DNA of 63,207 bases, the filler included, from Collodictyon triciliatum (lineage: Eukaryota), in the NCBI GenBank assembly GCA_043381765.1. It is 36 parts of 36 records of this genome, joined end to end, with 100 filler letters (N's around TTAATTAATTAA, not from the genome) between each part and the next. Parts side by side here need not be neighbours in the genome. Positions count along the whole stretch, not along the records: positions 52,792 to 54,445 come from JBHJMP010010522.1; positions 54,546 to 56,198 come from JBHJMP010010523.1; positions 56,299 to 57,951 come from JBHJMP010010524.1; positions 58,052 to 59,704 come from JBHJMP010010525.1; positions 59,805 to 61,455 come from JBHJMP010010526.1; positions 61,556 to 63,207 come from JBHJMP010010527.1; 30 more parts are not named here. One strand, given 5' to 3'. The position numbers and the translations under genes were made by a program. The notes beneath the pieces are model-generated. The model worked only from the letters and a program-made list of their open reading frames with translations, made no database searches and was not told the origin of the DNA. This document shows positions 52,891 through 63,207 of this stretch, in pieces; the first letter of the stretch is position 1; each line of letters opens with the position of its first letter.

Positions 52891-54343
52891 GATAATGATC
52901 ATAATAATAATAATAATAGAGAAATAATCATAAAAATGAATAAAGGGGGGAAATAATAATCATAAAAATAATGTCTATTTGTGAAAGAAAGAAAAGAGCG
53001 TAATGTTTAAACTCTCTCAGGCGCTCTATGACACTGAGTTTGAATATCTACTAGGGTATCTTCAGGTAGAGAGCAAATCCTGGAAACGTTATCAGAGACG
53101 TATTCAACTAAAGCCTATCAAGAGTAATTTGCGCTCTTATTTTCATATATGTGCCGCGTTCATTTCAGCATCCATGATTGAGAAATGCCATCCACACATG
53201 CATAGATTTCTCGCCATGAATAAGTTTCGGACACCTCGCTTCCTGCACGGGGTTGACTTGAACAAAGTCCGCTCCATAGCTGCGCCGGGACCCAACGAAC
53301 CAAACGCAGACGCTGTGACCTCAAATCGCCCTGGGTTTGTTGAGCTCCTTGCTACGGGAAATATCTGAGGGAAAAGAAGCCCCGACGCCATTTTGCTGTT
53401 TATTTTTTTGTTCGAATGGAGGACCACACCAGACAAACAAAGCTTGTTGTTGGCAGCATCGTTTCCTCCTGTTTTCTTTCTTTCTTTCTTTCCTCCTGTT
53501 TTCTTTCTTTCTTTCTTTCTTTCTTTCTTTTCCATCTGGACTTCAATTCTTCTAAGCTAGCTTTCTTTTGATTGCGATAGGACACATGGATTCGATGTAA
53601 CCAACGGGTCTGCCACAGGTTTGCAACAAATCTATTTTTGCAAATGTTGTGTATATGGGACTCTAAGAGCCTTAACTACTCTATGAGTACAAATGGCAAA
53701 CTGTCACGCCAATTAATGACTATATTTCTCATAAATTCATGTTAGAAGGCCTTGCTGAGTCCCAAAACTATTCAGTTCGTGATACGACAGGCGGACATCA
53801 ATAACCGCACACGCTCAATCATTCAATCATTCAATCTCACAACGTTACAATGGCTTCGCACCAGCATATTCTGGTTTTGCGGGTGATTCTCCTATTTGAA
53901 TCGATATTCTTCGATTTGGTTATCGTAATCGGAAGCAATTTCTCCTTCAGTCGCTCGGTCTATAAGAAGCTCTTCTTTNNNNNNNNNNNNNNNNNNNNNN
54001 NGCTCTCTGGGGATATTTTCGCTCATGCATATTTACATTTCTAGCACAAGACCCTTTGCAATCACCCGAACCAGTATTTTCATTCATATTCGTATTATCT
54101 CAATCTATATTATCTTATTCACATGATTGTGCAGAGAGTAATCGGAAACAAGTCTATTTTGGTTATTTAATTTATTGCGTTTCATTTTCTCTTAAGGAGA
54201 AACAGTCAGTGAGCAAATCCAATCGCGTAGATAATAGTGATGTCTTTACACCCCGTGCACCGTAATTTTTAAAACACTTAATAACACGCCAATTTTATAG
54301 AAAAAGCCTGACTTACCTCACTATCTATATTTGTAGATACCAT

Positions 54344-54445
<102 letters not shown>

Positions 54446-54546
54446 NNNNNNNNNNNNNNNNNNNNNNNNNNNNNNNNNNNNNNNNNNNNTTAATTAATTA
54501 ANNNNNNNNNNNNNNNNNNNNNNNNNNNNNNNNNNNNNNNNNNNNA

Positions 54547-55140
54547 GAAATTACATTGGGGAACATGGGTTCTACATATGATGGGTTTATGTTTGAATTT
54601 TTATTAACTGGGGACTTAAACAATTTTGGTGTCCGGCTTACATGTGCGCTGATTGGAACAGTAATTAAAGTCAGGAGTGGGGCAATAGGTGTAAATACCG
54701 TAACAGCAAACGAGCAATTTACATTTTCAAGACCAAATAATGAGTTTCGTATAATTGGGGGTTTGTTTGGAATAGTGGAACTCCTTACTGGATTTTAATT
54801 GACCGTGGTGTTTATAAACAGAGAGCAACTAATACAAAGTTTACCGGTGGTACTTTAGTTATAGACTGAAGTGCACCCGAGGAAGTATTACTAACGCGTG
54901 CGACTGCTACCACAGTTGAATTTAAAAATTTAGTTACATATGGTGGCAGTCAAGAAGACTATGATGGTTTTACATTTTACCTTGCAACTTCAACAGGCGT
55001 AACGAGCAGTGTTACTTTTAAAAATGATGCTTAGTGCTGTGGTTATAGTGGAAGCTAATGCCTTGGTAACAGTAGCCGAAAATGGAGGAACAACTACTGC
55101 GCTTGCTGCTGGAACTGGATACAGATTGGAGGTGTTTTTT
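54547..55140 (+). pseudogene. Disrupted Gly/Thr-rich beta-strand protein, possibly a viral fibre or structural gene
   Basis: Intronless; frameshift near 54765 and internal stops. Internal repeat YDGFMF / YDGFTF; lies head-to-tail with the two genes below. Confidence 0.35.
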
Positions 55141-55209
55141 TTATAGATACAGTCGCGGGTGGGTTAGCTTGACATTTATATGGCGTTCAATAAATTTATT
55201 TCTTATTTT

Positions 55210-55365
55210 ATGGACCCGGTTCTGATTGTTTCTTTGATAATTAAATTGTGTCTGATTGCTGAGCGAGCGATGAAGTATTATTTAAAACACGTTCGCAAGT
55301 CTCAGTGTTGTGGTAGCGTGATGGAAACGCGTGAACCTAGTCCTGAGAATGACTTGGAAAAATAA
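55210..55365 (+). CDS. Small 51-aa putative viral membrane protein (hydrophobic helix plus KSQCCG)
   Basis: MDPVLIVSLIIKLCLIAERAMKYYLKHVRKSQCCGSVMETREPSPENDLEK*; 10 nt from the next gene. Confidence 0.45.
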   Translation: MDPVLIVSLIIKLCLIAERAMKYYLKHVRKSQCCGSVMETREPSPENDLEK

Positions 55366-55375
55366 ATATTTAATA

Positions 55376-55669
55376 ATGTATGGACTGGTACAGAGATTTA
55401 AAAATTAATAAAAGGTATATAGAGTTAGGAAAGCAAACAACGACAAACATAAGTATGTGGTTTATATAAAAGACGCTGGCTCACGTTCACCGGTGTGGTT
55501 TGGGGATGTATCGATGGAGCAGTACAAAGATAAGTTTAAACAGTACTCATACTTGGACCATGATGAAAAAAAGCGCTTGGAGAATTTCAGGTCACGCTTT
55601 CGAGCATAATATGTAAAAATTAAGGATGACCCTACCAGTGCGTTATATTGGAGTTGGAATTATTTATGG
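55376..55669 (+). pseudogene. Tlr6F-like (DUF5754-type) protein of Polinton-like viruses/virophages/NCLDV, disrupted
   Basis: VYRVRKANNDKHKYVVYIK...PVWFGDVSMEQYKDKFKQYSYLDHDEKKRLENFRSRFRA*YVKIKDDPTSALYWSWNYLW matches KKY.V...FG...Y.D...lDH.D..R...y..R...S..Yws...LW. Internal TAA at 55607-55609 and a disrupted 5' end. Confidence 0.7.
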
Positions 55670-56006
55670 CAGACATTTCGCTGGGTCGGTGGGTCGGTGG
55701 TAAGGCCAAGCATCGCCCTAGGAAATTGGTGTGATTGCAAAACTGCACAAGTGCACAAGGCTCATATGAATTTATTAAACAACCCAGATAATCTATATAA
55801 TAATAACTGGGATACGAATCTATGCTTGCATGTTAGGGTTTGCAGTCTCGCCTGTCATCGGCACAATCTTTCAGTGTCAGGGTTATATTCTCCAAACATA
55901 CCAAATATAATATCATCAGATATGTTTCAGCTGAAATTTCATAATATGATAATATAATATACATTATCTAAAAATCAATATATTTGGGCTTAATAGAACA
56001 AATAAA

Positions 56007-56081
<75 letters not shown>

Positions 56082-57416
56082 AAAAACAATAAAAAACAAA
56101 AAAAAACAATAAAAAACAATAAAAAACAATAAAAAACAATAAAAAACAATAAAAAACAATAAAAAACAATAAAAAACAATAAAAAACAATAAAAAACANN
56201 NNNNNNNNNNNNNNNNNNNNNNNNNNNNNNNNNNNNNNNNNNTTAATTAATTAANNNNNNNNNNNNNNNNNNNNNNNNNNNNNNNNNNNNNNNNNNNNGT
56301 AGTTGTCAGCGAAGGGATTATGGGGAGGAAAGAGGAAAGAATGAAGGCCATAAGAAAGTTTGAAGACTTTGCAAGGGGATGCAAAAATAGGCTTTGGTTA
56401 CCTCGGAGTTTGTGGTTTGGACGGCAGGAGCAGCTTGTGCCATCGTGCCTGTACTTCCTGCAAGTTAATATGAATGAACATACAATTAAGTAAACGAAGA
56501 GAGGGAGAGTGAGAGTGAGAGTGAGAGTGGGAGTGAGAGAAAAAGAAAGAGGAAGTGAGAAAGGAGGTAAGGGTAGTACTGTAACTGTGGACAGTGCGCC
56601 TTCGTTAGGGGCATTGCGCATAGGTAGGAGTGCCCGGAGGCCATTTCTTATGTTATGGTTGCTTTGTTTCGTTGGTGGTAGTAATTTGAATTATTTTTTC
56701 AACTCGTATGAAGGATTGGTTGCGAGGTTTGCATCTTTTCTCATGAAACAGAGTCGGGCGCTTAGGCAAACTGAGCAAGGCTGCCTTCGAAAGGGAAGTA
56801 ACAAATGAATCGGATGCTCCGATGCCAAGGCGAAAAGCCGTGTGCGTTCGTCGGGACTTTGTGTTTGTGGGTTCGGTCGAAGAGGCACGCGCTTCGATCT
56901 GCTGGTCTTGTGGTTGTGCGAAAAGACGCTTCGAATCCGGTTTCACTTATGAAATCAGTCATGTTGCTGCTTGTGCCACAGCATCTTTTTATAACCGCAC
57001 AACGCAGCTTTTAAATAGCGCCCACACGAACAGACAACGGCACACGCGCACAAACCGGGTTTTGAGAGAGGCAGATATAATTGGGATATGTGAGGTTCTT
57101 GGATGATATCCAGGATTGGTTTCGTGCAGAATAATCCCTATTTATATCTCATTTCTATAGTACATCTGTGCACCCGTGTCAATAATTAGAATTGATGGTT
57201 GCTATTCATGAATAGTTTGCCAAATTTTCCTGTTGAATATCTAATTTTTATTAATTATAATAATAATTTTTATTATATCTATTTAGATTTTTTGATTATA
57301 TCAACTTGCTAAAATATATTTATATAAATTCCAGAATTATTCAAAACAGTGATTGATTTTCCTTTTCGATTTAAAATGACAATTAATATATGATATGTTA
57401 TCATACCAAACAGGAG

Positions 57417-57488
57417 TCCGATATGGTGTAGTCGGTAGCACGTATGGCTCTCACCCATACAACCCGGGTTCGATTCCCGGTATCGGAA
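57417..57488 (+). tRNA. tRNA-Glu (anticodon CTC)
   Basis: Acceptor stem TCCGATA/TATCGGA, anticodon arm TATGG-CTCTCAC-CCATA, T arm CCGGG-TTCGATT-CCCGG. 72 nt, no encoded CCA, oligo-T terminator downstream. Confidence 0.96.
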
Positions 57489-57509
57489 TTAGTTTTTACT
57501 TTTTTCTCT

Positions 57510-57951
57510 TCCTCATCTGGGCACGCCAGACACTCCCAAAACACCGCGCCCTACTGCTCAATATCTCCAACAGAGAGCTGTGGACAGGTGCGCGCGTAGT
57601 TCATGCAGCAACGACCTCTCCAGAATGCACCAAATGCCATAGTTGAGACGACTCTATCGAACACACATTTGTGAAGTGCTCTCTGGCTCAAAAAGTCACA
57701 GAATCTACCCACAAGATGCTCTCTGAGCTTGACAATGCTCCCAACGGACTCAGCGCGTCCGACATCCTGTTTGGCACACCAATAACGAATGACCCACGAC
57801 TCTAGAATACTCTGGACAGTCACAAGGGGACATAAGCTGTGGTTCTTATGGAGTGTGTGCATTCTCTCGCTCCAATGATTCACCCGATCGAGAAATCAAT
57901 GTATCGAGGCTTGAAAGCGTCATGCAATATAGCTTCTTGAATAGTTTGCTG
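57510..57951 (+). mobile_element. 5'-truncated L1/Tx1-type LINE, C-terminal zinc-binding (zf-RVT) region, degenerate
   Basis: LIWARQTLPKHRALLLNISNRELWTGARV....SPECTKCHS*DDSIEHTFVKCSLAQKV...SDILFG matches iW...p.k...l.t..r...CxxC....t.eH.f..C..a..v; stop at 57644-57646. Confidence 0.75.
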
Positions 57952-58185
57952 NNNNNNNNNNNNNNNNNNNNNNNNNNNNNNNNNNNNNNNNNNNNTTAAT
58001 TAATTAANNNNNNNNNNNNNNNNNNNNNNNNNNNNNNNNNNNNNNNNNNNNCAAATAGAAAACAAATAGAAAACAAATAGAAAACAAATAGAAAACAAAT
58101 AGAAAACAAATAGAAAACAAATAGAAAACAAATAGAAAACAAATAGAAAACAAATAGAAAACGATGAAAAGATATTCTGTGTTAC

Positions 58186-58714
58186 TTGCTCTGGTATTCA
58201 TCGAGGTGAAGAAACTCGTTTGTTTTTCCTTCGGGCAGCTCAAAGGAAGAGGGGATAGGGAAGAAGGATTCATAAAGGTCTCGAACAGCATCCAAAACCT
58301 TCAAACGCAAAACATCACATAAAAACCTTAGATATCCAAGCAACAAAAGTACTTTATACAAAAAACCTGACCTTGAATCAAATAAAGGAAAAACATAAAG
58401 AAAGAAAGGAAGAAGCAATTGCATTTTCAAATATACTACGTTATTAATCGATAAATCCGATGTATACCGGGATATTTGGTTCATCTCCTTGCATGTTGTC
58501 ATTTATGCACACAAACTTTAGCTTGCGTTTCCGGACGCCATCCAGTTGAGGGAGAACCTTTATGTTCAAAAAGATATATTTTTGCAGATTTCTTTCTTTC
58601 AATGAAACAATATTTCGTGACATTTTTGTCGGACTTTTGTAATGCATAACTGAGCGAGTTTTATGATTGCAGTTGAATGCAGCTTCAAGATTACAGTTAA
58701 CGAAATGAAAAGAC

Positions 58715-58759
<45 letters not shown>

Positions 58760-59507
58760 CGTGAAGGATAGTTAAAAAATGTTAAAATAATGCAATTAGG
58801 ACTGGCTATACGATATATAAGATGTGGGTACCTTAGTGACATTATCTCCAATCATCAAAAAGTCAACATCCTCAGTCCCGACGATTTCATATCTGTAATT
58901 AGATATTGGACAAAGAAATCAAGTTAGAGTATGCGCGCCCCTACCTCTATCCATTTCTTCCATTCCACCATGAGGGATTTACATTTTATTTATAAATCAA
59001 AAATTGAAAAGAATAAAGAAAAATTAAATTTATAAGTATATAATTAATTAGCGATCTCCACCATCCTGCACAAAATTGAAAGGAAGAATATATATATATA
59101 TATAAAATTCATTAGCGATATAGTAGGAAATACTTTGTGGCATAGCCGAGGGCTATTTGGGACACATCAATTTTTTTTGACAGTACTGCATTGGCAAAAC
59201 CCTCATAGTCTATTAATCCTTGTGACGAACCGTTCCTGATGGTTTCCTGCGAAGGAAATAGGCGTTACTTTCAGCAAACAGAGGTAATAATCTATATTAT
59301 GTGAGAGTCGCTGAAAAAGCTATGAGCAATTGGTAAGTGAGTATGAGTTAATCATATGTAATGATAATAAAAGCCAATTCTTTCCGGGTAGGGTTCATAA
59401 TTCGAAGTGTAATTTTTTTATTTACCTCTAAAAAATTCAGGACAGATGGTTGAATGTTGGCCGAAATCCGAGCAGCAATGGTCCTCAGCTCGTTCTCACT
59501 AATTAAG
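58186..59507 (-). CDS. GNPTAB: Stealth-family GlcNAc-1-phosphotransferase (GNPTAB-like), C-terminal exons
   Basis: ISENELRTIAARI / KYEIVGTEDVDFLMIGDNVTK|VLPQLDGVRKRKLKFVCINDNM / VRDLYESFFPIPSSFELPEGKTNEFLHLDE is colinear with the GNPTAB CR4 region (KFVCLNDN; FYES.FP.PS.FELP...N.FLH). Confidence 0.85.
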
Positions 59508-59886
59508 CTAAGAGATGCAATTTTCTTTTCATCTTTAACACGCATGAAATACGAATATGACACGAGACGAACACATGAACATACCATAGATAGCATAGAT
59601 AACATAGATAACATAGATAACATAGATAACATAGATAACATAGATAACATAGATAACATAGATAACATAGATAACATAGATAACATAGATAACATAGATA
59701 ACATNNNNNNNNNNNNNNNNNNNNNNNNNNNNNNNNNNNNNNNNNNNNTTAATTAATTAANNNNNNNNNNNNNNNNNNNNNNNNNNNNNNNNNNNNNNNN
59801 NNNNTTTTTGTTTTTATGTTTTTTTATGTTTTTTTATGTTTTTTATGTTTTTTTATGTTTTTTTATGTTTTTTTTTTTTTTTTTAT

Positions 59887-59978
<92 letters not shown>

Positions 59979-61381
59979 TTTTTTTTTGTTTTTTTATGTT
60001 TTTTTATGTTTTTTTATGTTTTTTTATGTTTTTTTATGTTTTTTTATGTTTTTTATGTTTTTAAGAGATGGCTACCCTCATTTTAATTAAGAAAATATAT
60101 ATTGTGGTGCACAAGATATTAAGGAAAACCAACCGATTTCCTCTATAATTTCCCCCTTAATTGTTATTATATATAGCGTATAATTATCGCATATATAAAG
60201 TTGGCATAATTTTTCCTTAAAATGAATGCAAATACCTTAGCGACACTAGTCGCCCTTCGACTTTGAATTAGGTGATGCTGTACTTCTGGACGTCTTTACT
60301 GTCTTAAGATATAATTTTGTGTCAAAGTCTTTCTAGGAGACGAGGTCAAGCTGTGAATAGTAAGGCAATAGCACACGCATTGGGATGTGGACGAGATGGG
60401 ATGAGATAAGTGCTTTAAAGCGAACATCTCTAGCTCGGGCGTGTTATAGAAGATCATAAAGGAAGGAGGAGAGAGCTATTCCATAAATAATCTCTTAACC
60501 AAACTCGACTATTGCTTGATAAAGCAGAGACAGAGACTGTTTCTTTAGCACACGATCGACTGAGGTCGAGGTTGGGGCAAAAGGAAAAATTACGCCAAAG
60601 AACTCTGCGGTCGAGAAGAGAGGACTTTGTTGTTTTTTGTTTAATGCAAGAACAGAATTGACACGGTAAATGATCCAAACAAGAGCAAATAATATTCTCT
60701 CATTCACTTGCTCTGTGGGCCATGCCAAATCCTTTTGTTTTAAACACAAAGGTCTGGTCCTTATTAACACAAATAGAGGGTATCTTTTGCTTGGGAAAGT
60801 CTTTGGTCGATTATTAATGGGCGCATAATACGATTATACTGTTCCTTCAACGCTAGTGGTGTGTGTCTTACTGAGTGTTTTGTCTTGTAGCTTGCTTCAA
60901 CCAGCTCTGTTGTGCTTTGATGGTCTCGAACCCGAGCCATTGGTTCAAAACTTCACTTGTTGCGAAACATAAGGGCTATAATTACGGTGTATATAGTATG
61001 ATCATTATAATACGGTATATATTTTCAGAACTTTTGGTTGCAATTTTGTCTCTCTGAACACCTATGAATTTGCCTTGCATAGAATCATTTGCGTTTGCCT
61101 TGACCGCTTGTTTTTCTGGACCATAACTCCTGGATATGTCCTAACAGAAGAATCAGAAAAAGAAAAGAAAAAGAAACTTATTCCGACCGACCGACGCAGT
61201 CACGACCTCTCAGTGGGTTGGTAGTGAAGACCAAAGCGATGAGAAAGTGGCTGGATGAGAAAATGAGAATAGGGAATAAGTTTATGGGTTGTGGTGTAGG
61301 GTTGTCTTAGGGAGTGTTATGAAGTGCTGAATCATTGGTAGCGTTATCCGTATCTTCTGCCACCCTTGTGAAACCCCTCGT

Positions 61382-61455
<74 letters not shown>

Positions 61456-61780
61456 NNNNNNNNNNNNNNNNNNNNNNNNNNNNNNNNNNNNNNNNNNNNT
61501 TAATTAATTAANNNNNNNNNNNNNNNNNNNNNNNNNNNNNNNNNNNNNNNNNNNNTTTTATCAGTTTTATCAGTTTTATCAGTTTTATCAGTTTTATCAG
61601 TTTTATCAGTTTTATCAGTTTTATCAGTTTTATCAGTTTTATCAGTTTTATCAGTTTTATCAGTTTTATCAGTTTTATCAGTTTTATCAGTTTTATCAGT
61701 TTTATCAGTTTTATCAGTTTTTATTCGTGTGTAATTTGAAATACTGTTTGGTTTTTTTCAAAAGATTCCAAGGCACCATT

Positions 61781-62682
61781 ATGGCATATGCCGACGGTTC
61801 TTCAGACCGGCTTTTACTCCGCTTTTGCTCAGAGTGGTATACATTAAGGAAATAAAATAAAATCCATCATGATATTTGATTCCCTTTTATCCGCATTCTG
61901 CACCAGTTCTCACACCCATCATCGACTCTATTGTCGATAACACTCCCCTTATGAATATTTTTAATGCTTTCTTTACCTCTTACATATCTGAAGCCTTTAT
62001 TAAACTCTACATCCACTGAATTCAAATCCCTTTGCCAACCAAAAGCAATAACATTCTGATTCCTCGAGTGGTGGGAGATTCAGTTGACCCGAGACTCGTC
62101 TATGATTGCCGTTCATGCGGAAACAAAGAAGATGCAGTGAGCGCTATCATCGTCAAGAAGTTTTACAAAGAAGAGAAAGAGTACATATCATCTTGAATTA
62201 CCCCCATAACAATCCGATTCTGCATCAATGAATTGATTACCCACAACGCGATATTTTCCCAGTATGTGGCATTGCTTATGTCACAACTTTTACTCACCTT
62301 GGAAAAAAAAACCTCAAGGACTGGACATCGCATCTCAAGAGACATCATTTACGACCCTTCACTCCCCACTACCAGGGAAATATGCAGCCAATGCGACCAA
62401 CAGAACGCTGTATCTATTCAGGTGGGCCAATCGCTCGCTCTTACTAACCCCCAAAGAAAACCCCTAAAATCCTCACTCCTGTAATCCTAGCTACATTCAC
62501 ATGCTTACATAGTCCTTTCCATAATTTTTCTCGATGCTACATCGCCATAGGCCAGGAGAATCGGTCGAAAGGACTTTGGCCTTGCCCTCTTCTTTGTCTG
62601 CAAGGTGTGTAAGAATGTGTGGATCGATCCTCAGTTCAACCAACAGCCTGCACAAGAGGATAATCAACAAGCAAATCAATAA
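61781..62682 (+). CDS. RPB9: RNA polymerase II subunit RPB9, complete, 4 exons (61781-61836, 62046-62180, 62319-62421, 62551-62682)
   Basis: RFCSEC|NNILIPR...LVYDCRSCG...|DIIYDPSLPTTREICSQCDQQNAVSIQ|...LFFVCKVCKNVW: two zinc ribbons and a DPTLP-type motif, without the QxRSADE motif of RPA12/RPC11. Confidence 0.9.
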
Positions 62683-62840
62683 ACCAGCCGCTTTAAACAA
62701 CGGATAACCCCATAACTAATGAGTAATGTCATATGGAATGCCTTCTCTCTTGCAACAGAGCGTAAATTTAAGGGATTGAACGGCCAAGACTCAATTAAGC
62801 TTTATATTCCAGATATAAGAAATATTCAAAATTATCCTAA

Positions 62841-63207
<367 letters not shown>

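Noticed and set aside
53979-54001. Short N run without the linker motif
   Set aside because: Ordinary scaffold gap within a contig.
55376-55669. TAA reassigned to Gln (three in-frame TAAs in the Tlr6F-like frame)
   Set aside because: The adjacent small gene, RPB9, the TPR gene and the esterase end at TAA, and the upstream gene also has a frameshift and TGA/TAG stops. Decay is the simpler explanation.
58985-59040. TTGAAAAGAATAAAGAAAAA as a further micro-insertion copy (similarly 57357-57376)
   Set aside because: Several mismatches and no convincing flanking duplication in very AT-rich sequence.

Overview
This window is not one locus. It is 36 unrelated short contigs (about 1.65-1.68 kb each, roughly sorted by length) joined by 35 artificial 100-nt linkers (N44-TTAATTAATTAA-N44). 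The source is an AT-rich, intron-dense, microsatellite-rich eukaryote with GT-AG introns and the standard genetic code; a CEP41 homologue suggests a flagellate protist. Most ORF-track entries are microsatellite or linker artefacts. Hand-spliced genes or fragments include RPB9, histone H4, a small HSP20, CEP41, CENP-L, a CorA transporter, a GNPTAB/Stealth protein, a YghU-like GST, a phospholipase/carboxylesterase, kelch, ARM and TPR repeat proteins, a DUF506 (PDDEXK_6)-like protein, two tandem-repeat proteins and tRNA-Glu(CTC). The most interesting signals are four. (1) A dispersed family of ultra-short inserts, consensus CACTTTGAATCGAATAAAGG-(A)n, each flanked by its own 12-17 bp target-site duplication (3 clear copies, 1 degenerate). 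(2) A decayed Polinton-like-virus/virophage segment carrying a Tlr6F-type gene. (3) An L1-type LINE 3' fragment about 20-25 bp downstream of a tRNA gene. (4) A TPR gene built from tandem-duplicated exon+intron cassettes. All family assignments come from motif recognition by eye; no searches were run.
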